Source: Carcharhinus amblyrhynchos
Taxonomy: Eukaryota
Length of the DNA: 64,000 bases
Reading direction: 5' to 3'
Assembly (NCBI GenBank): GCA_965287045.1
Contig: OZ336878.1
Span: 69,316,001 to 69,380,000, forward strand
Numbering within the stretch: the stretch's first letter is position 1; each line of letters opens with the position of its first letter. The notes beneath the pieces are model-generated. The model did not search any database. It was not told the origin of the DNA and saw only the letters and a program-made list of their open reading frames with translations. The translations under genes and the position numbers were made by a program. Of the stretch, positions 51,102-63,802 are shown one piece after another.

Positions 51102-51936
51102 GTATGCCTGTCAGAATCTCTCAGCATTTATATGATTTTTTGAGGATAGTACATTTGGGTAGGACATTAAATTTTCTTTTGGCCAAAGTAAACCTACATG
51201 AGGACACTTCATTAACTGGGAGTTTCCAGTTTTATTTTTTCCCCTTCAGACCTGTTGAAAGGTTTGTGCTTCAGGGCCTTTTGTCTTTAGCTACCCTTGA
51301 AGTGAATGAATACCTAAGTTGGGGACATGCTGCTTTATGTTCTTAAATTGCTGGCGGGCCACCAGCTTCCTGGGTAAATCACCAAAGCAATGTTTATGAT
51401 AGTTGCCAGTTAATTTGTACAGTCACTTTAGTGTGACATACCAGAGAAGATATCTAAAGAAAAAAATATTTTGTACGAAGTAACATCATGTTTATAAATC
51501 TATTACTGATATTTGGATTACTTGTATGCCTGCAGACTCCTATACTTGAATGCATTTCTGTGAATTCTGATTGACAAGCTGAAAGTGGCATTGAAAGGTT
51601 CTTTGCCTAATCAATTCGAGTTTCCGCAATGAACAATTATGATAGAAGGAGTACATTTAGGTACAGTCTTGAGTGAGGGCTGCATTTATCTCTCAACACT
51701 AGAACATTGTACTGAATTCAGAGAACCTGTTCACTATGCCCCTCTTCCAAAAGGATAGTCACTATTGAGAACATGTATTACTGTTCTTGGGGAAGACTGT
51801 TGACTGTGGGAAATGAGTTATGGATTTACTTCCTGCAGTTGTATGCTTAACAACATCTCTATTTTCTTGTGGAAAATTTTATTTTGAGGGAATGTGATGT
51901 TTCTTGAACTAATTGCTTTCCTTTTTATTGCATTAG

Positions 51937-52073
51937 CCAACTGCAGTTCAACAGATCTCAATACCTATATATGCACCAATTCCGGGTCAACCACAGGCTC
52001 AACTGAGTTTAGGAGGGGGCCCTTCTGTCTCCCAAGCCCAGGAAATGTTCAACACATCTTTACAACCTTTTAG
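51937..52073 (+). CDS. PRRC2C: PRRC2C coding exon
   Basis: cattag|CCAACT...TTTAG|gtaaag; PTAVQQISIPIYAP. Confidence 0.92.
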
Positions 52074-52595
52074 GTAAAGTTGCTCCCAGCAATTTTTAAT
52101 CTGTATCGTGGCAGTTACACATTCAATTTTTTTCTCCTTGTTATTAAGACTAGTGGCTTCTCTTGATTGGTACAAATCCTATCAAAGGCCTAGTGTAAGC
52201 CCAGCCCAGAAATAACTAAGTGTTCAAGCAGTGGTAGCTCCCACTGATCAAAAAGAATAAAAATTTCAACACTTGAATCAACATAATTTGTGTAGTTAGT
52301 ACTACTATTTAAGCTCGCAAGACTCACTTTTTTTTCTATTCTGTTCTGGATACTTTGGTCTGTGCTTAATTTTTTGATTTTTCCCAGAAGGTTTACTGTG
52401 TAAATCAGCACAAATATTGTGATTCAGTTCTTGTCTTGCAGACCTTGCATTCCTTTCCAAAAATATCTAATGCTTGTAACACATTAAATTTGAATATTAT
52501 TTGGGACGTAACTTGAAAATGTAATTTAAAGATATCCTCATGCGCTTATCTGTATCAGTGCTGTTAACTTTTTGCTGCATTATTTCATCCTACAG

Positions 52596-52830
52596 GACCC
52601 AGCAGGCTTTCATGCAAAACAACCTCTCCCAACCATCCCCTGTAGTTCTCTCGAGTACAGCTTTACACAACTTCTCTGCAGTTCAAGCCCAAGATCTAGC
52701 TAAGGCTCAGTCTGGTTTAGCATTTCAGCAGACTTCCAATGCACAGCCTATTCCTATCCTATATGAGCATTCATTAAATCAGGCGTCAGGTCTGGCTGGT
52801 TCTCAACTTATTGATACCCATCTGATACAG
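52596..52830 (+). CDS. PRRC2C: PRRC2C coding exon
   Basis: ctacag|GACCCAG...ATACAG|gtatgt; QQAFMQNNLSQPSPVVLS...GSQLIDTHLIQ. Confidence 0.93.
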
Positions 52831-53682
52831 GTATGTACAAATAATTTACTCATTGGTTGAGGTTAATAAGGGCAATATTGTTTGTATTGAAACTTTTTCA
52901 GTCTGCATTTATGATCAAAAGTGTTGCATGGGTCTGCTTTTAAAGGGGAACTCTAATCAATGGCATGTGCAGGGTCTGAGAACAGGAGAGGCCGAAGCAG
53001 GCAACTACAATATATGCTACCATACCTTTCAACATTATCATAGGAAAGTAAGTACTCCCTCTAAAGAAATATTTTCAAAAGAAAACAACATATACATTAT
53101 CTGTATTGCTAGTAATTAGTTTAATCAGAAAAATCATGTAAATTGATTTTCATGTCGTTGTTTTAATCCAGCACGAAAATACAGAATGATAAAGTAAATT
53201 AGGCTAAATATAAACTCTTGGGGGCAGGTATGCCACCATTTTTGCACGCTTATGACTCTACTCTACTCAAAAATGAATCATTCCAATAAGTTATTCACCA
53301 ATACAGGCGATCCTGCTTCTCCTAGTACATGCTGCTTTAATTTTGAGGAATTCAGCTTGTTACCATACTGCGTTTTACTAAAGACGCCTTATATTTATTT
53401 GGTTCTCATAGCTCAACATGGCCAGATTTCCTAGAAAACAAATGTATTTTTACCTCCGTTTACTGGTAAACCTAGCTACTGTTGAGTCACAAATATTGCC
53501 TAATTTACATAGTCATACAAGCTGAATTCCTCTGGGGCACAGGACTGTGATGGTGAGTAGCCTATCAGAAGTTTTACAGTTTTTAAATAGAGTAGAGTTC
53601 CCTTTTAATTAATTGTAAAAAATGTGCCATTTAAAATAGTTATTCTTTCTACCAATGTACTTAACGACTTGTTTCTGTGTAG

Positions 53683-53793
53683 GCGAGGCCAGGTCTTACT
53701 CAGCCGTCCAACCTCTACACAGGCCAGGTTCAACAACCTGGCCAAAATAATTACTACAGCACAGCACAGTCACCCAATGCTGCTCTTCAACAG
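53683..53793 (+). CDS. PRRC2C: PRRC2C coding exon
   Basis: gtgtag|GCGAGG...CAACAG|gtaaaa; ARPGLTQPSNLYTGQVQQPGQNNYY. Confidence 0.92.
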
Positions 53794-54266
53794 GTAAAAA
53801 AACCATTGGGTGTCTTTGTGTCTAAGATATCAGAATAGTCTAAAAAGGCAGCTATGTTTTAAAAAAATGTTAAAATTGAGAGCATCCTCTCTAACACTCT
53901 GTGTACTTGCAATATATTCTGGTTATCAATTGTTTGACTAGCTCTTAATTTTCCTTGTAATATATTTTCTTTTCATCATGGGTCGAGGCCATCTCCCTCA
54001 GATGGGAATATTTTTTGGGGACTAACTGTCAGCGCTTTGTCCATCTCGTTCTCTAATTGATTGAGGCAGTGCTCCAGTGGAACCTCAGAACTGATTCTCT
54101 GAATTTGCATCCTTCCTGTGGGACACTGTCTGAACTAAAGAAACGTTGCTAGCTTTTCTATTGTCGCTGTTCGAGTAAATCAGTAGATTGGTGTAATTGT
54201 GTACGACTGTTAGAGAAATTGAAGAACCTGTTGTTACCAGTGCTGACTGTTTTCATTTCCTCATAG

Positions 54267-54482
54267 GTAACTTTACCTCTTCCGGGTTCACAGCTTTCCT
54301 TACCCAATTTTGGATCAGCAGGACAGCCTTTGATTGCTTTACCCCAATCGCTACAACCTTTACAGCACACTCCAGCACAGGCACAGCCTCACAACCTGAG
54401 TAGGCCAGCACAGATCAACCAACCCTTTAGGGGTCTAATTGCAACAGGAGCACAGGCTGGCATGATTCCTGCACCAGGCAAG
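54267..54482 (+). CDS. PRRC2C: PRRC2C coding exon
   Basis: tcatag|GTAACT...GGCAAG|gtaggg; VTLPLPGSQLSLPNFGSAGQPLIALPQ. Confidence 0.93.
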
Positions 54483-54679
54483 GTAGGGATATGAAAGGGA
54501 TTGATCAGTAATTAATTGGAATTGTTTTTATCATCAAATTTGGTGTAAAAATGTGTTCAATTTGCAAATGTGTAGACGTTTAGTTGACATTCAGTTGATA
54601 AAACAGTTTTGTAACTGTTAAGCTTACAATATTCATAGCTAGGATGTGTGAGTAAAAGTGAAATATTTTCTTATTTCAG

Positions 54680-54783
54680 ATGCCTGAGATGGACCTAAAA
54701 CCTTATGGATGTAGTGTAGATGTAAAACCAGGTACACCACCAATTAGTGTACGAAGTATTACACCAACCTCCAGTCCTTTCAG
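54680..54783 (+). CDS. PRRC2C: PRRC2C coding exon
   Basis: tttcag|ATGCCT...TTCAG|gtaaat; MPEMDLKPYGCSVDVKPGTPPIS. Confidence 0.92.
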
Positions 54784-55942
54784 GTAAATTCTGGACAATG
54801 GAGAGAAAAGTAATTGTGACACTACGTAAGGATCTGCACGTACATTGATAATATCAAACTATACCCCCGCCCCCAGTTGCCCGTTTTTTTCCAACTGCTA
54901 TTCCACATCCTAGGCACCGTGCAGTCCCCATCCCAATCTCTGTTCCCTCACTCTTGATTCCATCCCCACCTTAAGTTGCTTCTCAGACTGAAGCAAACCC
55001 TTCTGGCCCTTGTCCTCCTACTTGATCCATAGCTGAATTTCTGCCTGCACATCCTTTCCCTCACAAATAGGACCTACATCTATCTCCTTCATTACTGCGC
55101 ATCACTGTAACTGCTGCTGGAACCCTCATCCATGCTTTTGTTCCTTCCCAACTCAACTACTCCTGGCTGGCCACCTATCTTTTCACCTTCCACAAATCTA
55201 AGCGCGTCCAATTCACCGCAACCTGTTTTCCAGCTTGCACCATGTCCAATCTAAAACTAATCCTTATTCAAGTGCCTCCATAATGTTTCCCCTCTTCACC
55301 TCTAACTTCCTCATTTTTACAGTGCTTCAAGAGCTTTGCGTTTCTCCAGCTCTGACAATGATCAACTCCCACTTCCTTCGTCTCACTGTTGATGGCCATG
55401 CCTTCAGCTTATTTTTAGAATTCCCAGCTGCATTGTCTCTTTGTCCCATACTGTTAGCCACCTGACCTGACACTATTCTTTTGCTTGGTGTCAGATTTTG
55501 TCTTGTTAGTTCCCTATAAAGTAGTTCAAGACTTTTTTCCTCGTTAGAAGTGCTATATTAATATAAGCTGTGTTGCTGGCACTCAGTGAGAACATTGATT
55601 GGCCTGTATGTGCTATTCCTGATGATGTATTTGCTTGTTGAGGCCATTTGTTGAGCTGAACAAAAGTCATAATCACCCATGCAACTTGATCACACCAAGT
55701 TAATTCATTGAGATGTATTAGATACATGGTACATTTTAAAATGTTAGCAATATAATAAGACAAGGGGACACTAATCTACATTTTAACTATTCGATTTTGA
55801 AAAAAGCATTGCTCTGTAAAGGGGTTCTGTCCTTTATCATCTGTTAAGTGATATATGTCATACCTTTATTATCCTATAACTGCAGACAAATACAGATTTA
55901 TCTTTATAAACTTGCATTTTGTGATTGATTTTTCATTTTTAG

Positions 55943-56066
55943 AGCCAGTTCTACGAGTCCAAACAGTCAGTCCAGCAAAATAAACAATATGGTCTATCAG
56001 AAACAATTTTCCTCTGCAGCAGGGGTTCGGATTGCACAACCATTCCCAGCACAATTCCCACCACAG
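55943..56066 (+). CDS. PRRC2C: PRRC2C coding exon
   Basis: tttttag|AGCCAG...CCACAG|gtgtgt; ASSTSPNSQSSKINNMVYQKQF. Confidence 0.93.
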
Positions 56067-57194
56067 GTGTGTATTTTTAAAACCAAACTGAAGACCCTTT
56101 GGCTCTAATACCTTTATAACACTTTACTTTTGGGTTACATACCTTCAGATAACAACAACACCTCAGCATTTTTGAAGAGCATGCAGAGGCTTTTAATCTT
56201 CTTCTGTCATGACTGGCTCATAAAATATTTTGTAACCAATGTATTTTTTTCTTGTGGTGTAGAAGGGGAGATTCTTGGGGCTAAGTGACAAAGTTTAAAA
56301 ACTCCAAAGTCCACATAGCGATTGCCTCCCCAGGCTGGCATTTCAGCTTGCAGTCTGTGCTTCTAAGCATTCAGCTTCCTTAAAGCTTCTTATTCTTTCT
56401 GCATGTAATTTTATTTTATCTGTAAAATTTAGAATTTTTATACCAATATTTTGTGGCACTTTGTCCTTTAAAAGCCAAAATTTATTATTTTATTTCTCAG
56501 AGCAAATTGTGTTTTTGATTGTAAATTGGTGTCAAAGAATAAAGATGCTAGATGTTGTCATTGTAACACTATAAACGCAGCCTAAAATGTCTATTGTGTA
56601 AATATACATTAAACAGGAATGAGAAGTACATGAGCAAGGCAGTAATCAATAACATACCCAGGTGAATAAACTTGTTTGGTAGCATGTTAGAAGTTAACGC
56701 TGTTCCTGCCATTTCTGTTTTTTGAATAGTCTCTTGAAACGTTAAAGCCAACCCAATAGTGTGACCTTTAATTTTTTTCATGTTTGTAAAGGAGCAACTG
56801 CAGAAAGAATACTGTAATTGTGAAGGACTGTACTGTAATCAAATGGCTGCGATTGTTTTTAAAAAATGTTATATCTTTAAATTCTGAAGAGTCTTCACTG
56901 TTGATAGGAGTATGTCTTTGTTCTTGATTTAGTTTACTTATCGTAACACCAGTTTTTATGCTTAATTTACCAGAACCTTTTCTACTCAAATGTTTTGTCA
57001 CTACAATGAGATTAGATTTCTTTTATGTTATTTAATTCAGACTGTCAAGTAATTGGGTTAGTTATTGGGTTAACTATTGGAAGTCTCTATTTGTGTCTCC
57101 TTGCCTGAATATGCTGACTGAAGCAGAAAGATGCGCATATAAACAGCTCCGGTGTATTTTAACAATATGGCCATTCTTTGTGTGTGTGTGTGTA

Positions 57195-57510
57195 TATAGA
57201 TTCATAGAATCCCTTTAGTATGGAATGGGACCATTTGGCCCATTAAGTCTGCACTGACAACAATCCCACCTAGGCCCTACCACTGTAACCCCATGTATTT
57301 ACCCTGCTAATCCCCCTGACACTAAGGGACAATTTAGCATGGCCAATTCAGCTAACCTGCACATCTTTGGAGTATGGGGGGAAACTGGAGCACCCCAGAG
57401 GAAACCCACGCAGACATGGGGAGAATGTGCAAACTGCACACAGTCACCTGAGGTTGGAATTGAACCTGGGTCCCTGGCGCTGAGAGGCAGCAGTGCTGAT
57501 CACTGTGCTA
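57195..57510 (-). mobile_element. HE1-type tRNA-SINE (near full length)
   Basis: Reverse complement starts gcacagtgatcagcactgctgcctctcagcgccagggacccaggttcaattcc (A/B boxes) and ends in a CR1-like tail. Confidence 0.85.
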
Positions 57511-57873
57511 GGCTGTTGATTGAATGGAGCATCCAAATTTGGAACCCAGTTTGATGAACATTTAACATCCACAGACAGAAACTTTACAGCGAGAGTCACT
57601 GGGCGATGTTCAGAAACAAAGAACCAGACTGAATTGCTGTCTCTTTTGCTTTTAACCAATTGGAACATTGACCGTTACTGCCTACCCAGTGCAAACGTAT
57701 CAATTCTCAACCTAAATAAAATGCATCTGATATGAGGATCCTGTTTTGCCTTCAGCCTTTGTGTTTTATGTAGCTTCCACTTGTGTTAAAATGATACTGC
57801 TGATTATAATGCAGGCGTCACACAGTCCGGACATGAGAGGGGAATTACATTCCATTCTAATTGTTTTCACCAG

Positions 57874-58107
57874 ATGCTTTCCCAACCTAACCTGGTCCCT
57901 CCATTGGTAAGACCTCATGGAAATACTTTTTCAGCTCCTGTTCAGAGGCCTCCAATGCCCCTGGCAAATCAGATGCAACCTCAAATGACCACAGGTATCA
58001 TCTGCCATACTCGTCCTCAGCATACACCAAGGGTTCCTTCAGGACCTACACAGGGGATCCGTGGAAACCAGGCCCAAGCTGCAATGATGGCTGAACAGGA
58101 TTTGAAG
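57874..58107 (+). CDS. PRRC2C: PRRC2C coding exon
   Basis: caccag|ATGCTT...TTGAAG|gttagc; MLSQPNLVPPLVRPH...AEQDLK. Confidence 0.9.
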
Positions 58108-59015
58108 GTTAGCATTACTGGCAGTTATGTAGAAAAATTAATTACATAAATTATACCTGTTAAAAACCTTGATACCAAATGCGACTGTGGTCCTAATCAG
58201 AACATGAAATGTGGACAGTCAAGATTCTGCTTAAAAATATATGTACATTATTCTTATAGTGGCTTATTTATTAATTAATTGATCTGGAACATTAAAGAAT
58301 GCCACTATTTTTATTAAGTTGGGAAAGTACATTAATTATCAGTGCTGGCAGGCATATTGTAATCAACCTATTCCTGCTGCAGTTCTTAAATTTCTAACTT
58401 TCCACTTGCATGAGGAGTATGAATTACCATTGACCCTGGGGATAATGAAAAATAATTATATTTTTCTGCCAATAATATTTCATTATGATGTCCACACATT
58501 AATTTTCCAATACAAAGAGAATAAATCCAACCTACAAAATAAAAATAGGATTTGATATTAATTAGTTTTCTTGGAGGAACAGATTTGACACCCATCCATC
58601 CCCCTATTTCGAACTTGACAGCTTGCAAGCATATCAGCTTTGTAGCAGCTTTACAGTATAAACATATTGGAAGCCTGCTATGAATTTTTCAGGTATTTGA
58701 ATTATCACAGCCATGTTGTCTTGTTGGGCATTTACACACATTAAGCAGGGAGGTTTAATAATTTTGAACATGTTTCTGAATACCATGTAGAGGATAGTAT
58801 CAAAAACTTGTTTCAGAGATGCTCATATCTTTGCAACCAGTTCTTGCCTGTGTGCTGTCATTGGGTTGGTTTCCAGCACACCTTGAAAGAGGGACAATTT
58901 CTGTGAATGCTTTCCAGCTCTTTGCCACATTACTAGATCTTTTTTAGTGCGTGCCTCCAGTTCTTGTCCAAAAGGTTCATCAAAATACTCAATTGTTTAC
59001 CCCTTTATGTTTAAG

Positions 59016-59282
59016 GCTAAGCAGCGAGCCGAGGTGCTTCAATCCACACACAAGTTCTTCTCTGACCAGCAGCAGCAGCAGCAAATCAAACAGCCAATGA
59101 GCAAGGTTCACAAAAATGAGAGCAATGGGAGTAAACCGACTGAGAGCGGAGCAGGTGTTACGAGCACAAGAGACGAGAAAGTGGAAGAAAAGCCCAACTC
59201 AAGTCAGCCGGCCATGTCAAAACCCGTTCGAACTGGACCAATCAAACCTCAGGCAGTTAAAACAGAAGAAACAAAATCCTAA
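59016..59282 (+). CDS. PRRC2C: PRRC2C terminal coding exon (stop TAA)
   Basis: tttaag|GCTAAG; AKQRAEVLQSTHKFF...KPVRTGPIKPQAVKTEETKS*, resembling the PRRC2C C-terminus. Confidence 0.93.
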   Translation, partial: AKQRAEVLQSTHKFFSDQQQQQQIKQPMSKVHKNESNGSKPTESGAGVTSTRDEKVEEKPNSSQPAMSKPVRTGPIKPQAVKTEETKS

Positions 59283-60430
59283 GTTGCTGTGAGAACAGAG
59301 TAGGTGTTCTAAACATCCTCGGGTGTAATGAGAGCTCTTCTCTGTGAGATAAGAGCAGAAGAATAGAGCTCAAAACATGAAATTTCTTTTATAACAAAGA
59401 AGTGAGATGTGAAGTAGTTAAATGAAAACTGAACTATCTCGAGATATGCAGAATCAAATGGATCATTATTTTGAGCAACGGTAAAGCCCAGATGTGTAAA
59501 CTAATCCTATGATGAACATTTAGTGTTGACTTCTGAATCTTGAAAATTTGAAAAGGCAATGTCTGACTTGTGTGGCATTTCCTTTCCATGAGATAATCAC
59601 TGAAATTAAGTAAAAATGGCCAAGCCAGTGAATGGAGGCTGACCAGTTTTACACTTTTAAAGACAGCAATTTAATAATCCTCTTGTTAAAAATGTATCAT
59701 TTAAACATTTTCATAAGCTTAATTACAGTAAAGTCTACAGTGATTCACTTATGACTGAGTTCAGCTCCCTTTTTGAACCTATTAAATTCCAATTGTGTTT
59801 ACGCATACACCATTTTAATCACAAGTCTAATATTGCCTTTTTTGATTGTATGCTAGTATTATAGTTTTAGGATGTACTGTATTATACTACGTGAATGTAA
59901 GATATCTTGTCTATCTGCTTATGATCAATCATTAATTAGTGACTGTGCTAGCAACACAGCTGTTTTTATTACAGAAATCTTACCCAGGTTTGATACAAAT
60001 AAGGTTCTGATGAAGGTACAAAACAATAGAGAATTGCTGTTATTGGTATTTGGAAACATTGGCACAAAGCGTGAACTGAAAGATTGATTTATTGATGTGT
60101 ATATTTTTGTCACATGGCTGGGGTGGCACTTGGGGAAGCTACACTGCTGAAAAGGCTGCTTACCATCAGTAATGTGTTTTGGCACTCAGTTTTATTTGCT
60201 TACTTTGAAAATTCAGCTGTGATGTCTGACTTTTGAGATTTGTATTCCACCTGTACTGTGTATTCGTTTGGCATTGTACAGAAGTTAACAGCCATATTGG
60301 TATAGAAATATTATACTTTAATTTTTTCATTTGTACAGGGTTAACGCACTATTAAATATGTACGATCTTATTTACGATTAATTTGGTTTGGTTACATAAC
60401 TAATAAAAATATGCTCTGAAATTTTTCAGA
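59283..60430 (+). other. PRRC2C: PRRC2C 3' UTR (approximate end)
   Basis: Repeat-free AT-rich stretch after the stop codon, ending at ATTAAA (~60351) and AATAAA (60402-60407) followed by U-rich sequence. Confidence 0.65.
60402..60407 (+). promoter_or_regulatory. Polyadenylation signal AATAAA (PRRC2C)
   Basis: Canonical hexamer about 1.1 kb after the stop codon with a downstream T-rich tract. Confidence 0.55.
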
Positions 60431-60717
60431 TTCTTTTACCTTGTTTAATAGCAAATCATATTTCTTTCCTCCACTTAGAGTACTTTCATCATGCTGCCAG
60501 GTGCAATGTGTGGTATATTTTGCATTATCAAAACTTTAATGTTGGATGGAGAAACACTGACTTGGCTAATGACCATGGATTTACTTCTCTTTCCCTTGCC
60601 CTACTTCCCCTCACCTCTTCCAGATTTTACTTTCTCGTTAAAGCAAATGAGCAGTAGGATGTGTGTTTGAAACTTCGGGGCCAAAGTGACAACATTGGTT
60701 GGCTGTGTATTCTGCGA

Positions 60718-61275
60718 TTACATAGGATAGGATATACAACACAGAAAAGGCCATTTGGACCAACCAGTCCATTTCTGGTGCTTATGCTCCACTTGAGCAG
60801 CTGACCATCTTTTTTTATCTAAACCTACAATCATCTCTTTCCCACAAGTGCTCATCAAGATTCCCCTTAAATGCATTTATGCTAATTGCCTCAAATACTC
60901 TTGGTATTCTGTAATTCTGTGGAGAAGAAATTTCTTCTGAATTCCCCATTGGATTTCTATCTTATATTGGTGGTCTCTAGTTACGCCCTTCGCCGCAAGA
61001 GGAACCATTCTCACTTATCCACGCTACCAAAATGTTTTATAATTTTAAAGACCTTTGAGGTCACCTCTTAGCCTATTTTCAAGGGAAGAAAAACCCAGTC
61101 TGTTAATTCTTTCTTGATATGTATACTCGTGCACTTCTGGCATCATCCTTGTAAATCTTCTCAGTATTCTCTCCACTGCCTCTATATAGTTTCTGTAATA
61201 CGGCATCCAGATTCCCAAGCCTGGTTTAACTAAGGTTCAATACAGGTTTAGCATAACCTCCCTACCTTTCAATTC
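60718..61275 (-). mobile_element. Degenerate CR1 3' fragment in the PRRC2C-MYOC intergenic region
   Basis: cataggataggatatacaacacagaaaaggccatttggacc... CR1 tail in reverse. Confidence 0.65.
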
Positions 61276-62329
61276 TGATGATGGTTCCTATTGAAGATAC
61301 TCATTTCAACACTTTCCATATGCTCAGAGATGAGGTGTTTTCCATAAATAATGCTGATTGAAATTATTTGCCCTTGTATGAGAAAAGAACATACATAAAG
61401 TTCTATACCAACTTCAACTTTTATTTTACAAAAAGCAAAAAAATCCAGTGCTGGTACTTTTGAAAAGTGGGAATACATTAGGTATGGGGTGCAGAGATCC
61501 AGTCTTGTGGTGCACATCTCTCACTTGGTAAATTTGAATTCTTAACTCAGTCCAATTGTACAACTTGAAACACTGTTAGTGATTTGAAAGCACATTCTTT
61601 TTGTGTTCCAGCACACACGCAAGGATCTTGTTTTTCTCATGTCTAATGAAAATAATACAGATTCGTGTTTGAATAGTTTTCTTCATGATTGTTTACATTT
61701 ACTAACAAGGCACAGCGATTATTTTTTAAATGTATATTTGCTTGTATTATTTTTGGTCTAGAGATGACTGAAGCAGTAGAAAGTACAAAAGATGTTAACT
61801 TCAAAAGTGCAGTCTGACACTTGTATATGCTCACCGAAAGAAAAGATCAAACCATTGAGTTGGACCAGGCTTTTCTTTAAAGCAAGTATCGAATTAATTG
61901 AGCCAATTTTGGATTCCGTCCACGTTTTCTTTACTCCACAAACCTTTAATTTTTGACCATGAAGGAAACAAAAGGATTGAACAGCTATCAGTAAAGCAAC
62001 TAAACTCCGGTTCTGAGTTGAACTGAATGCTGTCAGATTATATTGGGACTGTGGTTAAGAATGAGGAATGATTTTACATGCATAATCTAACATCGTTATA
62101 AATTTTCAAGAATTTTTAATTAAATTGAGCATTATCTGAGTCACAGCTATTCAAAACATTTAATATTGAATTACTTTAACATTTTCTTCACTCTTAAATG
62201 ATAAGCTGGTCCCTGCTCTGAAATTAGTGCTTAAATGACTGCGGTGCTATAATTAGCCATTATATACATTTTTGAAAAGAGAGAAAATAACAATTTGTTT
62301 CTAGTCCATCAAAGATATTTTGGAGGCTT

Positions 62330-63114
62330 TCATACTTTTGAAAGCCTAATGTCATACATGACCATGTTGAAATTGTCCCAAACCAGGATTTTCTTTTCTG
62401 CTGGGTTGTAGTCAGTCATGCTGTTGTAACGGTAACGGTTTTCAAATGGGATATTCAGCACCTTGCTGCTGTTAGTGTTGGTGTTGTAGGCAAAATTGAT
62501 GATGGCGTTGTGATTGGAATAACTGTTCAGTGTGTAGAGTGTCCCGCAAATCATGAAAGAATTAGCAACTGATCTTTTGCGTATAGACGTTGTCCAAGTT
62601 TGCTGCGTTTCCAGGGTGTTTGGATTCAATTTGGAGATCACAATGGCTCCTTGAGCCTGATTGGTACTGTAGGTTACCCAAAGCCCCAGCTCATCTACAG
62701 CAAAATCTATGTCTGTATAACCACCCCAGGAATATGGGTAGACTCCTCGGTAGCCTGCGTTGGGCAAGTCCTTGCGAACTAAAATGGTCTCTGTTTTCAT
62801 GTCGTATCTCAATAAGGTTCTTGACCTGCGTTTCTGGTAATATAAGGACCCTCGGTAAATGACGCTCCCTGTGCTTTCTACTGGTTCAGGTAACACATAA
62901 ACTTTGTTGGGGTGGCCCCTCATGAACTGATCTAAGTCATGATACTCATACAGCTGCCGAATGTCAGTGCCAACTGTGTTGATTCTCCAGATGGACTCCC
63001 TGGTGTATGGTGGCACTGGCTCGGGATCTTTCATCCAAACTCCGTACTTGCCTGCAATGTTGTCTGCCTTTTGGAAGGTAACTGGTTCTCCTACCCATTC
63101 TAGCATTCCACAAC
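62330..63114 (-). CDS. MYOC: Myocilin last exon (olfactomedin domain)
   Basis: Acceptor ccctggcag|GTTGTGGA on - strand; [11 protein letters not shown]...[10 protein letters not shown]...[21 protein letters not shown]...[27 protein letters not shown] aligns with human MYOC exon 3; convergent to PRRC2C as in human. Confidence 0.95.
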
Positions 63115-63258
63115 CTGCCAGGGCAAGATTAAGAAACAAGTTGATTCAGGCACTGCATTTAACTTCCTTATACCACACAAGCAGGGACTTAGTTCCCAAG
63201 TCAGCAAACTGAATCTGAGAGTTGACCCCCTGATTGAAAAGGTACACTACATGCAAGC

Positions 63259-63550
63259 ATGGTGGCACAGTAGTTAGCAGTGCTGCCTCACAGTGCCAGG
63301 GACCCAGGTTCAGTTCCCAGCTTGGGTCACTGCGGAGTCTGTGTGGTTCTCCCTGTGTCTGCCTGGGTTTCCTCCATGCGCTTCAATTTCCTCCCTCCCA
63401 CAGTCCAAAAGATGCGTAGTTAGGTGCGTTGGTCATGTTAAATTCTTCAGTGTACCCAAACAGGTGATGGAATGTGGTGACTTGGGAATTTACGCAGTAA
63501 CTTCATTGTAGTGTTAATGTAAGCCTACTTGTGACACTAATAAATAAACT
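63259..63550 (+). mobile_element. HE1-type tRNA-SINE in MYOC intron
   Basis: ggtggcacagtagttagcagtgctgcctcacagtgccagggacccaggttcagttccc head; aataaataaact tail. Confidence 0.85.
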
Positions 63551-63802
63551 AAAAAAGATTTTAAGCTCTTGGGTGCCTTGACTTTTTAATCTTTTTGGAA
63601 TAAGCCAGAACAAGGAGACACAATCCACAGACAGGCCATTCATGACCGAGAACAGAGTGTAGCGAAAATGTGTAATTCTCTTCCCAAAATTGGGGATGGT
63701 GGGTAAATTGAGGTGTGCAAGATGGGTCAACAGGTTTTTGAGTTGGTATCAAAAGAAAATGAATCAAAGGTGGTTAAATGAAGCTGAAGTACAGATCTGA
63801 AA

